A stretch of DNA of 64,000 nucleotides from Candidatus Marinacidobacterales bacterium. Lineage in GTDB: Bacteria > Acidobacteriota > Vicinamibacteria > Marinacidobacterales > DATDRI01. Position numbers and translations under genes: made by a program. Shown here in pieces: positions 53,780 through 63,974 of the stretch. Below the pieces are notes generated by a model. The model had not been told where the DNA came from, searched no databases, and saw only the letters and a program-made list of their open reading frames with translations. Each line of letters begins with the position of its first letter. Position 1 is the stretch's first letter. The stretch lies in contig OZ245365.1 of NCBI GenBank assembly GCA_965226495.1, positions 4,800,001 to 4,864,000 of the forward strand, written 5' to 3'.

Positions 53780-54007
53780 GCCGTCAAGGAGACAACGCTG
53801 CGATCCTGCGGGGCGGCGGCCTCCTATTCCTCCTGACCGACCAAGCCAAGCTGGTCGTCGCATCCGCGAGTGCGGACGGCTTCGCCCCGATCAGGACCTA
53901 TGAAGTGGCGGAGAGCCCGACGTGGGCTCATCCGGCCATTCTGGGCAACCAGATACTGATCAAAGACAATTCCAGTATCGCTCTATGGACGCTGGAATGA
54001 ATGCGCC

Positions 54008-54835
54008 TTAGAGGTCCTTCGAACCATCTTCTTTGTTACGCTCCTCTTGCTCCAGCTCCTTTTCTAGAGCCTTGAGGCGAGATTCGAGCTCCTCCATTCT
54101 CTTCTGCACGCCATTCCAATCCATGGATTTGATGCGATCCAAACGCTCCTGCCACTCCTCGCTGTCGAAATGCTCCTCGAGACCCTCCATGGCGTGTCCC
54201 AAAGCTTCCGTGATTTCTTCGTCGATCCTGAAATCCTCGTCGTCCCAAGTGAACGAAAACTTCTCGTGAGGCCCATCCAGAACCTTGACGCCGTGGAGCG
54301 GCGATCCGGGACCACCTAGACGCAGAACGCTTCGCTCGCGCTCGGTGATCGTAACGAAGACGGTCTGGGCACTGCCGTCCCTCCAAACGCCCAAGCTCAC
54401 GGTGTCTCCCTCTTCTTTCTCGCGGACATGGCGGGCGAGCGTCCGGGCAGAGTCCACCGTTTCACCATCGACTTCGGTTAGAACGTCTCCCACCCGTACC
54501 CCTGCCTGTTCGGCAGGGCTATTCGCCTCAACCTTGGCCACCATCACGCCGACGTCCTCGGAAAGGCCGAAGTGTATTCGAAGCTCCGGCGTCAAACTCA
54601 TCAGCTGGACGCCGAGAAACCCGCGGCCATGTATGCCTCCGAAGAAGGTATAGTCGTGGCCACCATCGTCGTCGTCTCCGACCCAAACGTACCTCTCCAC
54701 TCTCTTCTCGACGTTTTTCCCGTCTGGCTCCTTCTGCTGGGGCTCACTCTGCGCCAGCATGAAAGGGGTCGAGGCAAGCAACGTCGCGAAAAAAATGGAC
54801 GTCATACTCAGAAGCTTTACTCTAGCGTCGATCAT
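54008..54835 (-). CDS. Secreted PDZ-domain protein
   Basis: GFLGVQL...SPAEQAGVRVGDVLTEVDG; signal peptide and coiled-coil tail. Confidence 0.88.
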   Translation of the reverse strand: MIDARVKLLSMTSIFFATLLASTPFMLAQSEPQQKEPDGKNVEKRVERYVWVGDDDDGGHDYTFFGGIHGRGFLGVQLMSLTPELRIHFGLSEDVGVMVAKVEANSPAEQAGVRVGDVLTEVDGETVDSARTLARHVREKEEGDTVSLGVWRDGSAQTVFVTITERERSVLRLGGPGSPLHGVKVLDGPHEKFSFTWDDEDFRIDEEITEALGHAMEGLEEHFDSEEWQERLDRIKSMDWNGVQKRMEELESRLKALEKELEQEERNKEDGSKDL

Positions 54836-54854
54836 GTTGTCTCCTCTTCGGTAA

Positions 54855-55271
54855 TCACTTACGGTAGTTCACGGGGCGTGCCCGGGACTCCTTCGCTTCT
54901 CGCGACAACGCCCTTAGATCCATGAGAACGTCTATCCCATCGGTACCACCGAGACTCAAAACCGGCTGCGACTCGGCGGCGAGTGCCCTGAGCTCTTCCA
55001 ACTCTCTCTGCAGGGACTCGTACTCGTTCCGCAAGGTCTCGACCCGTTGGGCTGCCTCCGCCCGTTCGCTTGCCCCCTGCCAATAGTTCCATGCCGACGA
55101 AGCAGCCAGGATGAACACCGCTGTCGCCGCAACCGCAAACGCCGGCCGCCTCCGGCGGGGGGCGGAGGAAGCGTTTTCCGGCAGCTTCTCCATCAAGTGT
55201 CTCGTAAAATCCGAAGATGCCTTCTGCTTCGGCAGTTTACGTAGCAAGCTCCCGATGTCTTCGTCTTTCAT
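54855..55271 (-). CDS. Putative anti-sigma factor (single TM)
   Basis: Overlaps the sigma stop codon; ASSDF..LM, RRR, TM helix and coiled coil. Confidence 0.7.
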   Translation of the reverse strand: MKDEDIGSLLRKLPKQKASSDFTRHLMEKLPENASSAPRRRRPAFAVAATAVFILAASSAWNYWQGASERAEAAQRVETLRNEYESLQRELEELRALAAESQPVLSLGGTDGIDVLMDLRALSREAKESRARPVNYRK

Positions 55272-55831
55272 CCCTGCACTCCATTCCAATACGGGCTCAG
55301 GAGATGGCGGAGTCGCTCACGCCCGCGGTTGATCCTCGACTTGACGGTCCCTTCTTGACAGCCAAGAGCGGATGCGATCTCCCGGTACGACCATCCCTCG
55401 ATCTCCCGAAGCGTGATCGGAGACCGGTATTTCAGAGGCAGCTCCGCGAGAGCCCAGGCAACGCGCTCGCACGCCTCCGCCTGAAGCAACTCGGCTTGCG
55501 GAGTAGGTCGCGGATCGTGCCCATTCGAAGAAAACTTCATGGAGAGGATTCGAAAGCGGCGTGCTCGCCTTTCTTCCGACCGCAGCAAGTTGGTAGCGAT
55601 GCGAAAGAGAAACGGTACGAACTGACCCTGTTCTCGGTATCGAGCCAAGGATTGGTAAAGACGTAGGAAAGATTCCTGGGCTAACTCCTCCGCCCGATCC
55701 CGGGAGCGGGTCAGCCCGGTGAGGTAGTTGACCAAGGCATCCTTGTGGCGATCCACGAGTTGTCCAAATGCGTCGCGATCCCCTGACCTCACTCGACTCA
55801 TGAGGGTGGCGTCGTCCATTCCCAGGTTCAT
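55268..55831 (-). CDS. ECF RNA polymerase sigma factor
   Basis: AEELAQESFLRLY, LFRIATN and SYREIASALGCQEGTVKSRINRGR motifs. Confidence 0.95.
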   Translation of the reverse strand: MNLGMDDATLMSRVRSGDRDAFGQLVDRHKDALVNYLTGLTRSRDRAEELAQESFLRLYQSLARYREQGQFVPFLFRIATNLLRSEERRARRFRILSMKFSSNGHDPRPTPQAELLQAEACERVAWALAELPLKYRSPITLREIEGWSYREIASALGCQEGTVKSRINRGRERLRHLLSPYWNGVQG

Positions 55832-55903
55832 GCCATCTCCATTGGGTATAACGCCCCAAGATAGCAAAAGTTCCCAATACGGCCCGCAGGGCCGCCCGGC
55901 CGG

Positions 55904-55976
55904 AGAGCCCTCAGCCCGCGCGCAGTCGCTTGCCGACCAAGCGCGGGGTCTGGGGGTGGGGCCCCAGACCAATGAT
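55904..55976. repeat. Fifth, diverged copy of the dispersed hairpin repeat
   Basis: agagccctcagcc..gcag.cgcttgccg....tgggggtggggcccc matches the reverse complement of copies 1-2. Confidence 0.85.
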
Positions 55977-55999
55977 GGATGCGCCCCTTGACCCTTTCT

Positions 56000-56028
56000 T
56001 TGACTAACCGCCCGACTGGCGGTACCAT
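56000..56028 (+). promoter_or_regulatory. Possible sigma70 promoter for the pilin/HD-GYP operon
   Basis: TTGACT-N17-TACCAT. Confidence 0.45.
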
Positions 56029-56213
56029 TATTGACAGTCATTTTCCGGACATAAATAGAGCGTTTCGACCGTCGGACCAACGGGTCTACCCGCTACATGC
56101 CCTTTAATTACTTGGGCTTAGGGGTGGGACCCGGACCGGCCTGAACCACCGCCAAGACTGCCTCCCAACCCAGTCGCGCGGCTCGAGCGGCAGAGCACCG
56201 CGAGATTGGAGCT

Positions 56214-56582
56214 ATGCGACTTTTTGTTTACCTCGTCCTGGCAGTCGGTCTGTCTGCGTGCGGCGCCGAGCAAAGCTCCATGCCCGACAGTTTGCTCGGT
56301 GTCTGGAAAACCAGAACCCGCAAGTACCGAGACCGCTCCTTCGAGCTTCAGCCGGACAAGGTCACCTTTGAAACCGGGGAGGAATCTCCGGATACCAACA
56401 TCGTGCTCGGTGTCGAAGCGCTTGAGGAAAATGGACGTCTCCTCTACGACATCGGTTACTTGAGCCCTGACGGTTTGGAGCACACCTTCTCCTTCTACTA
56501 CGAACCCATGGCTGGCGGCGTTATTGCACTCAAGAACCAAGGTGGGATCGTCTGGAGAAAAGAAAGGCGCAAAAAGGAATGA
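56214..56582 (+). CDS. Hypothetical lipoprotein
   Basis: LSAC lipobox, GGAG RBS and an LLGVW lipocalin-like start. Confidence 0.78.
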   Translation: MRLFVYLVLAVGLSACGAEQSSMPDSLLGVWKTRTRKYRDRSFELQPDKVTFETGEESPDTNIVLGVEALEENGRLLYDIGYLSPDGLEHTFSFYYEPMAGGVIALKNQGGIVWRKERRKKE

Positions 56583-57232
56583 GGATACTCCGGCGAACGC
56601 GATTCTTGCTCGACGAGTTCCAGTATCGGATCTTGTTCTTGCACGTTCTCTACTTCGTGGCGCTCATCTTGGTCTTTACCTCGGCGATTTTCGTGCCCCT
56701 CATCATGGACCTCCAAAATGGAGTGCTGTCGTTCGCGGAGAGGCACCTGGTGGCGAACCAATTCTTGTCTCTCCACTCGCGTATCTGGCCCGCGGTCTTG
56801 ATCCTGTTCGTGCTGCTGAGCGCCCACTCGGTGTTCGTGTCTCACCGCATCGCCGGCCCTCTCTACCGATTCCGCAAGGTGATGAAGGCGGTGGCGTCCG
56901 GTGATCTCTCCATTCGGTTCACCCTGCGTAAGAAAGATTACTTGGTAAAGGAAGCCGACCTCTTCGCGGAAATGATCGCGGCGCTGCGCCACAAGGTGGG
57001 AAACCTCAAGGATCACTGTTCCGAGCTGGAGGCGCTCGTCGAAGAGCTAAGGATGGCGGCCGACGGCGACTCGGCAGATGAAATCGAGCCAAGGATAGAG
57101 AGGTTACGGGCCGAAATGGCCAAGCTCAAGGCCGCGGCGGACGAGTTTACAACTGATCACGCCTCTCCGCGCGCTGCTACCCAAGAAACGGAAGCGCCCA
57201 TCGGGTCGGCAAGGGTCCCCAACGAGGCGTAG
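56579..57232 (+). CDS. Two-TM HAMP/coiled-coil membrane protein
   Basis: Two TM helices and SHRIAGPLYRF...GDLS..LRKKD (HAMP-like); no enzymatic output domain. Confidence 0.82.
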   Translation: MRILRRTRFLLDEFQYRILFLHVLYFVALILVFTSAIFVPLIMDLQNGVLSFAERHLVANQFLSLHSRIWPAVLILFVLLSAHSVFVSHRIAGPLYRFRKVMKAVASGDLSIRFTLRKKDYLVKEADLFAEMIAALRHKVGNLKDHCSELEALVEELRMAADGDSADEIEPRIERLRAEMAKLKAAADEFTTDHASPRAATQETEAPIGSARVPNEA

Positions 57233-57237
57233 AAACA

Positions 57238-57717
57238 ATGTCTCTCGAACGCTCGGCTCACCCCATGACTCGCGAGGAGAATGGCTTCTCGCTCGTGGAG
57301 CTCCTGATTATCGCGGCCATGCTGGCCACGCTAGTCAGCATCGCGGTGCCCATATACGCTCGCGCTTTGGATAGCGCGAGAATGGCGCATGCCGTCGCCG
57401 AGATTCAAACACTGCAAAAGGAAATCTTCGTCTACGACGTGCAGACCGGAAACCTTCCTCTCACCCTCGAAGACATCGATCGCGAAAGGCTCACCGATCC
57501 ATGGGGAACACCTTACGAGTACCTAAACTTTTCCGGCATCAAAGGGAAAGGCAAGATGCGCAAGGATCGTTTCTTGGTGCCTTTGAATTCCCGTTATGAC
57601 CTTTATAGCAAGGGGCCCGATGGCAAGAGCACCCCACCGTTGACCGCCAAGGCGAGCCGAGACGACATCATCCGCGCCAACGATGGGAGCTTCGTGGGAC
57701 CGGCCTCCGAGTTCTGA
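57238..57717 (+). CDS. Prepilin-type (GspG-like pseudopilin) protein
   Basis: G|FSLVELL N-methylation site; DPWGTPY and YDLYSKGPDG motifs. Confidence 0.9.
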   Translation: MSLERSAHPMTREENGFSLVELLIIAAMLATLVSIAVPIYARALDSARMAHAVAEIQTLQKEIFVYDVQTGNLPLTLEDIDRERLTDPWGTPYEYLNFSGIKGKGKMRKDRFLVPLNSRYDLYSKGPDGKSTPPLTAKASRDDIIRANDGSFVGPASEF

Positions 57718-57731
57718 TCGGGAACAAGAGA

Positions 57732-59861
57732 ATGAGATTAGACACAACGCTTCTTCGCAGCAAGGTCGGCAAGAGACTCTTTACTCTGTTCATACTCTGC
57801 TCGCTCGCCCCAATCACGGTGCTCGCCATCATCTCCTTTACTCACGTCACCAAGCAGCTGGACGCGCAGAGCCGGAGCCGATTGCACCAAGCGAGTAAAG
57901 CGCTCGGAATGGCTATTTTCGAGCGATTGGCCTTCCTCGAGGCCGGGATGAAGTCGGCCGCCGCGAACCTCAGGCTCGGCGTGGACATCGGAAAGGGTGA
58001 ACATCCGATCGTCGCGGATCTCGGAGAACGATTCGACGCGCTGGGTCTCTTGTCCGTAGGCGGAGATTATACGCATCTAGTGGGAGACCCCCAACGACTG
58101 CCCGAGCTGGAACCGGAACACGAAGAGCATATGGCTGACGGGCGGACGCTGCTGATCCAACGGCGCGCGGTCGGTGTCCTTCCGCGGTTCATGATGATCC
58201 GTATGGTGGACGATGGAGATCCCTCGCGGGGCCTCTTACTAGGAGAGCTGAACACCAGATACCTGTGGGGCGGCGAGTCGACCCTTCCACCGCTCACGGA
58301 TCTTTGCATTCTCAGTGATGTCGACACCATTCTCTTCTGCTCGGGTGAGGTACCGATCTCCGAGAACGTAGGCTGGAAGCTTCGCGAGTCGGCCTCTGGA
58401 CATTTCGAGTGGAGCGGAGAAGGAGAGACTTTCTTGGCGGGGTATTGGTCGATACCTCTTTTCGGCTTCTCGGCGGCACAGTGGACGGTGATCTTGAGCG
58501 AGTCCATTGAAAGTGTCCACGCGCCAATGGCCGATTTCAGAAAGACGTTCCCCCTCGTCATTCTCATGTCCTTGTGGGTCGTCCTCCTCTTGAGCATCAA
58601 TCAAATACGTCGGAGTCTCGTCCCGCTCGAGAACCTTCAGGAGGGAACGCGACGAATCGCAGAAAAAGATTTCGATAGTCGAGTAAGCGTCGACAGTGGG
58701 GACGAGTTCCAGGAGCTCGCCGAATCCTTTAACGGCATGGCGGGTGAATTGGGCAGACAGTTTCACACTCTTGCCACCATGTCCGAGATCGATCGGGCCA
58801 TTCTTTCTGTTTTCGACACCCAGCAAATCGTAAACACACTACTCACAAGAATGCCCGACGTGCTCCCCTGTCGATCAGTCAGTTTGACGATCATTGACAC
58901 CAAGGGTAGCAACCGAGCCGAGACCTATTCGAAAAGCTGCGACCCGGAGGGTGAAACGGTAGTCGAGACCGTCGAGCTCGACCGCAGAGAGCTGGGAGAT
59001 CTTCGAGACAACCCGGAAAGCCTTTGGATCCGAGGAACTCCCCCACCACACTACATCCCTCCTTCGATGCGGCTGCGCGCCGAGTCCTGGCAGGTCTTTC
59101 CGATCTTCTTCAAGGAGCGACTGGCGGGGATCATAACCCTAGGCGATGCGGATGCTACCGCGCATGGTCAAGAGGATTTGCGCCGGGCGCGACAGTTGGT
59201 GGACCAGGTTGCGGTAGCCCTCTCGAACGCTCACCTAGTCGAGCAGCTGGACGAGCTCAACTGGGGAGCGCTCATCGCCCTCGCCCGTACCATCGACGCG
59301 AAATCTCCTTGGACCCTGGGGCACTCCGAGCGGGCGGCTGAAATAGCCATGAAGATTGGCCGGGTTCTGGGCCTAGGTCAGAAAGACCTGGACGACCTAC
59401 ATCGCGGAGCGTTGCTCCACGACATCGGCAAAATCGGAATTCCTCCCACCATCCTGGACAAGCCCGGGAAACTAACTCCCGATGAAATCGAGGTCATGCG
59501 GGAACATCCCCTGATCGGCGAGCGCATCCTCGAACCTATCGCCGCCTATGCCGACGTGATCCCGGTCGTCTCGCAACACCACGAATGGTTCGACGGATCG
59601 GGTTATCCGCGCGGCCTGTCGGGCAACGGGATTCGCTTCATCGCCCGCATCTATGCGGTGGCGGACGTCTTCGACGCCTTGATTGCGGATCGCCCCTACC
59701 GAGCCGGCTTGAGCCTCGAGACGGTGACCGATTACATCAAGGAGAGATCGGGGCGCCAGTTCGACCCCGAGGTCGTCGCCGCCTTCTTAGAGGTTGTGGC
59801 GAACGGCTACCCGAGTGCCAAGGAAGAGGAAGCCGAGCCCAGCTCCGTCACCCAGGCCTAG
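57732..59861 (+). CDS. Membrane sensor HD-GYP phosphodiesterase (periplasmic domain-HAMP-GAF-HD-GYP)
   Basis: Two TM helices, HAMP (DEFQELAESFN), GHSER, LHDIGK, HHEWFDGSGYP and DVFDAL..RPYR. Confidence 0.93.
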   Translation: MRLDTTLLRSKVGKRLFTLFILCSLAPITVLAIISFTHVTKQLDAQSRSRLHQASKALGMAIFERLAFLEAGMKSAAANLRLGVDIGKGEHPIVADLGERFDALGLLSVGGDYTHLVGDPQRLPELEPEHEEHMADGRTLLIQRRAVGVLPRFMMIRMVDDGDPSRGLLLGELNTRYLWGGESTLPPLTDLCILSDVDTILFCSGEVPISENVGWKLRESASGHFEWSGEGETFLAGYWSIPLFGFSAAQWTVILSESIESVHAPMADFRKTFPLVILMSLWVVLLLSINQIRRSLVPLENLQEGTRRIAEKDFDSRVSVDSGDEFQELAESFNGMAGELGRQFHTLATMSEIDRAILSVFDTQQIVNTLLTRMPDVLPCRSVSLTIIDTKGSNRAETYSKSCDPEGETVVETVELDRRELGDLRDNPESLWIRGTPPPHYIPPSMRLRAESWQVFPIFFKERLAGIITLGDADATAHGQEDLRRARQLVDQVAVALSNAHLVEQLDELNWGALIALARTIDAKSPWTLGHSERAAEIAMKIGRVLGLGQKDLDDLHRGALLHDIGKIGIPPTILDKPGKLTPDEIEVMREHPLIGERILEPIAAYADVIPVVSQHHEWFDGSGYPRGLSGNGIRFIARIYAVADVFDALIADRPYRAGLSLETVTDYIKERSGRQFDPEVVAAFLEVVANGYPSAKEEEAEPSSVTQA

Positions 59862-59980
59862 CCCTCGCCGTCTCGGCGTATCAGAAACCAAACGATAGCG
59901 GCCACGACGAGGACTGCTAGCCGCTGGCGCCAGTCGAAACATTCGCCACCCCATACTCGACATCGTCAAGAGACTGTGTC

Positions 59981-61201
59981 GTGCTTCGTTGCAACTCAAC
60001 TAACGCGAAGCCTATCATAGCCATGCCTTTAGAGGGATATGAGGGACGAGCGGTGAGGGAACGCGCACAAGGATTCGGATTCCTTACGCTCATGTTGGTA
60101 GCGTTCGCGCCGCCACTCATCGGCGCCTTTGACTCGAAACACCCTCTGGAGTTCGCAGAACCCCACAGAGCTCCCGAAACTGCAGAGTCGCCCGTCTACG
60201 AAGACAAATTCGTGTACCCGCGGCCGTTGACGCGTTTCGCTCACAGTCCCGCTCTCGCGGAGGCGGCCAACGGTCACCTGATGCTTGCGTGGTTCGGCGG
60301 CACCGGAGAAGGTAGTCCGAGCGTGCAGCTCTTCATGTCCACCTATTCACCGGAGCATGAAACCTGGACCAAGCCCCGAGTGGTCATCGATCGAGATCGG
60401 GCTCGCGAGGAAGTAGGGCGTTTCGTCTATACGATCGGCAACCCCGCGCTCTGGACTCAGCCCGACGGCAAACTGTGGCTCTTCTACGTAACTTCGTGGA
60501 TTTCCGGTTGGTCGGGAAGCAGTATCAATCTCAAGATGTCGGTGGACCATGGCGAGACCTGGACACCCACAAAGAGATTGGTGACTAGCCCTTACTTGAA
60601 CAGCGGGACGTTAGTGAGGGCAAGCCCATTTGAATACAGTGACGGAACGATAGGACTCCCCGTCTATCACGAACTCTTGGGAATTTTCCCCGAGATCGTC
60701 CGCTTGGACCCGGACGGCGTCGTCATGGACAAATCACGCATCTACTACGGAAAGAACTCTCTTCAACCTTCTGTTGTTCCTCTGGGCGACACACAGGCCC
60801 TCGCTTTGTTGAGACCGAGACCCCGCGGAAAGGCCGAGGCGAGAGTGCTCCTCTCTCGATCGGAGGATGCCGGACGGCGCTGGTCCACGCCGGTCGCCCT
60901 CGATCTCGCGAACCCCGGCTCATCGGTGGTCGGGCTTCGAGCCTCCGATGATTCGATCCTTTTGGCGTACAACGATTCACCGACCAGCCGGAACGACCTC
61001 TCCCTGGCCCGTTCGGTGGATGGCGGGAAAAGCTGGCAAGTACTCACCACCGTCGAACACAGCAAGCAAGGCAAGCAATTCGCCTACCCGTCGTTCATTC
61101 AAACCAAAGATGGCCAATTCCATTTGATCTATGCTTGGAACTACACGCACATGAAGCATGTGCAATTCAACGCGGCCTGGATCGCGCAAACCGAACGATG
61201 A
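59981..61201 (+). CDS. BNR/Asp-box sialidase-like protein (start uncertain)
   Basis: Asp-boxes SVDHGETW, SEDAGRRW and SVDGGKSW; AYPS. Confidence 0.88.
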   Translation: MLRCNSTNAKPIIAMPLEGYEGRAVRERAQGFGFLTLMLVAFAPPLIGAFDSKHPLEFAEPHRAPETAESPVYEDKFVYPRPLTRFAHSPALAEAANGHLMLAWFGGTGEGSPSVQLFMSTYSPEHETWTKPRVVIDRDRAREEVGRFVYTIGNPALWTQPDGKLWLFYVTSWISGWSGSSINLKMSVDHGETWTPTKRLVTSPYLNSGTLVRASPFEYSDGTIGLPVYHELLGIFPEIVRLDPDGVVMDKSRIYYGKNSLQPSVVPLGDTQALALLRPRPRGKAEARVLLSRSEDAGRRWSTPVALDLANPGSSVVGLRASDDSILLAYNDSPTSRNDLSLARSVDGGKSWQVLTTVEHSKQGKQFAYPSFIQTKDGQFHLIYAWNYTHMKHVQFNAAWIAQTER

Positions 61202-61803
61202 GCATTCTCGGAACGCTCGGACAGGTACTGCTCACATCCGCTGTCATTCTTTCGCTGTTTCGGGTTGGAAAGTATCCTCCTACCGTCCGTTGGACGGCGC
61301 TGGTGATATCCGCTCTCATCGGCTTCTTCAAGATCGGCGACCTCCGACTCATCGCTTATCCCGGTGGCGTGCTCGGAGACCTCAGCATCACCACCCAGAT
61401 CCTGCTGGCGTCCATCGCCGCAAAACAGGTTCTGCGGATCGATGTGCTCTCGGATCGCGATCGCGCGACGATCTTGTTCGCGGCCGCGGGCGCAGGACTC
61501 TTCCTGTACCCCCTCTCCTCTGGCCTGATGATGCTAGATGTCTATTCGTTGGGGTTCCATTCGACGACCCTCATGCTCGGGCTCGCCGTCCTGGCGGTCA
61601 TCGGCTGGTACGTTCGAACAAGCGCGGCCTTCATCATTCCTCTGGGCGTCATTGCGTTCAACTTCGAACTCCTGGCTTCTAACAACGTCTGGGACTACCT
61701 GCTAGATCCACTGCTGGCACTCTTCGCGTGGGGCTGGGCACTGCTCGTCGTTGTGGGCCGTACATTTGCCACACCGCGTCCGACCGCGGACTCGAACCCA
61801 TGA
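61198..61803 (+). CDS. Hypothetical membrane protein
   Basis: Multi-TM protein with an SNNVWDYLLDP motif; ATGA overlaps on both sides. Confidence 0.78.
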   Translation: MSILGTLGQVLLTSAVILSLFRVGKYPPTVRWTALVISALIGFFKIGDLRLIAYPGGVLGDLSITTQILLASIAAKQVLRIDVLSDRDRATILFAAAGAGLFLYPLSSGLMMLDVYSLGFHSTTLMLGLAVLAVIGWYVRTSAAFIIPLGVIAFNFELLASNNVWDYLLDPLLALFAWGWALLVVVGRTFATPRPTADSNP

Positions 61804-62769
61804 GTCGGTATTGGTGGCCCAGCGTCGGCGTCCTCGCCGTCTTCACCTACATCTATTCGCTCGATGGCTTGCACATCCCCCACATCGGAGACGAAGCACC
61901 TTACATCCAAATCGTGAGGCTCACGTCCGAGAGCGGCCAGTGGCTGCCTCTGGAGTCCGCGAGTGGCCTCGAGAACACGAAACCCCCGCTATTGTTTTGG
62001 CTGGGCATCGTCTCCACCGACTGGGCTCGGCACTGGAGCCTTTTTCGCTTACGGTTTCCTATCGTTCTCAGTCTACAGCGTCCCGAGCCAGCGCCAAGAA
62101 AATTACCTCCTGCCGACTGTTCCGGCTCTAGCGGTGCTCCTCGGAGTGGGTTGGAAGGAAATAAAACCTCGCTGGTTCTATTTGTTCAACGTTGCGATCG
62201 TACTCACGCTCGTTCCCCTCGCGGTAGTGATTCACGCCGTCTCCAACGCGCTACCCGCGGGAAGCTACCGCTGGTGGCAGCTTGGCTTACCACTCGTCGC
62301 GATCTTGGTGACGGGCGTGAGTTTGCTCTGGAACCACTCCAGCCCCTACGTCTTTCATTTGCAGGTCTTCCTTGTCGCGGCCACACTCGCCGCCGGCCTA
62401 GCGCCCTTCGAGGGGCCCCTCGGAAGGTATGATCATCAGTCGGTCGAAGCACTAGAGGCAAAAACGGTCTTCGTTCCGTCCAACTTCATTTCCAAGTACG
62501 AGCGCCATCGCTTCATACTCCCCGGGAGTCGGATCGAGGGGTACCATCCGTCCAATACCGAGCGATTGAACCAGCTTCTCCGAAGCGGAGAGATTGTTGC
62601 CCTGGAGCGGGGACTCGGGCAAACTGTGGCCGGCCCCTTCGAGGTCTTTGGCAAGCGACTAACGCTGCGATCGCGGCAACGAGGGGACGAGATCGCGAGA
62701 ATCCTCTTTGAGGGAGAGCTCGATCTCTTGGTTCAACAGGAGATCATCGTTCGGCGTCGCAAGCAATGA
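61800..62769 (+). pseudogene. ArnT/GT83-like membrane glycosyltransferase with an internal deletion and frameshift
   Basis: N-part (GDEAPY, TKPPLLFW, RLRFP) is in one frame. C-part (SQRQENYLLPTVPALAVLL) is in another from ~62070. The central helices appear to be missing. Confidence 0.75.
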
Positions 62770-63974
62770 ATGTCGAGTTCCAACGCAAGGTAGACCGAGT
62801 CGCGGGAACGATCATCTGCAGAACCCTGTCTCTGCTCCCCAGCGCCCGCCGCCAGCCGCCAGCCGACTTGAAGCCGCAGAAGATCCTGGTGATCCTCTTG
62901 TCGGAGATGGGAAGCCTGGTTCTCGCCCAACCGATGTTCGAGCGCATCAAAACCAAGTACCCGACGGCCTCTATTTATGTCCTGTGCTTCCGCCAAAACA
63001 AGGAAGTCCTGGACGTTTTGCGAGTCGTCCCCGAAGCGCACATCCTAACCGTCCGCAATGACTCCATGACCCATTTATCGAAAGACAGTCTTCGTGCCGT
63101 AAAGGAAATGCGCCGGATCGGGATCGACACCGTACTCGATTGCGAGCTCTTCTCCAGAGTGGGAAGCATTTTTTCGTTTCTGAGCGGCGCCAAGATTCGC
63201 GCCGGGTTTCACCCTCACACCCAGGAGGGCCTGTACCGCGGCAACTTTATCAATCGGCCTGTGCTCTACAATCCCTACCAGCACATTGCGCAGCAGTTCC
63301 TTACGCTGGTCGAAGCTCTCGAATCGCAACAAGTCCCCACCGTCAAACGAACGGTCGGCCCCATAGGCCAGGACAATCTAACGATCCCCCCGATGTCGGC
63401 CGAGCCTGACGAGGTGAGCTCGATGGCGAAGCGCTTCCAGGCAGATTTCCCGCAGGTGGCCGGGAAAAAGGTTGTCTTCCTCTCACCTGGCGGCGGTCTG
63501 TTGCCTATTCGGGCTTGGCCGGTTGCTAACTTCTCGCGGGTCGCCGAGGAGCTCATACGACTCGACTACGCAGTGGGGATCATTGGGCTGGAGCGAGACC
63601 GGGACATCGCCCAGGAGATCACATCTCATTGCAAGAGCGCGAATTGCATCGATCTGACTGGATACACCGAAACGGTCCGTGAGCTCATGCTCCTCTTCCA
63701 CACCGCATCACTTCTGATCGCGAACGACGGCGGTCCAGGGCACTTCGCAAGTATGACGCCCATCCCGGCTATTGTCCTCTTTGGACCCGAGAGTCCGGCC
63801 CTGTATGGAAGCCTGGACGACAAATCGGTCAGCCTGTATACGCACCTCTCGTGCTCTCCCTGCCTCACCGCATACAACCACCGCAACTCGCCCTGCGACG
63901 GTGATAACGTTTGCCTGAAGTCCATCGATCCAAAAGACGTTCTGCAAAAGTCGTTCGAGCTCCTCGACCAATAG
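62766..63974 (+). CDS. Glycosyltransferase family 9 (heptosyltransferase-like)
   Basis: LSEMGS, RAWP, IANDGGPGHFA, LFGP and CSPC...C motifs. Confidence 0.92.
   Translation: MNVEFQRKVDRVAGTIICRTLSLLPSARRQPPADLKPQKILVILLSEMGSLVLAQPMFERIKTKYPTASIYVLCFRQNKEVLDVLRVVPEAHILTVRNDSMTHLSKDSLRAVKEMRRIGIDTVLDCELFSRVGSIFSFLSGAKIRAGFHPHTQEGLYRGNFINRPVLYNPYQHIAQQFLTLVEALESQQVPTVKRTVGPIGQDNLTIPPMSAEPDEVSSMAKRFQADFPQVAGKKVVFLSPGGGLLPIRAWPVANFSRVAEELIRLDYAVGIIGLERDRDIAQEITSHCKSANCIDLTGYTETVRELMLLFHTASLLIANDGGPGHFASMTPIPAIVLFGPESPALYGSLDDKSVSLYTHLSCSPCLTAYNHRNSPCDGDNVCLKSIDPKDVLQKSFELLDQ

Larger units (their letters stand above)
52599..54000 (+). pseudogene. Secreted PQQ-like beta-propeller protein interrupted by a 175-bp duplication/insertion
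   Basis: WPQWRGP start and repeated SP/TPV blades. The frame stops at 53609 and the C-terminus (TWAHPAI) resumes after the second repeat copy. Confidence 0.88.

Noticed and set aside
55832-56080. N-terminal extension of the ECF sigma ORF to 56080
   Set aside because: The extension runs through a repeat copy and promoter DNA; sigma homology begins near 55831.
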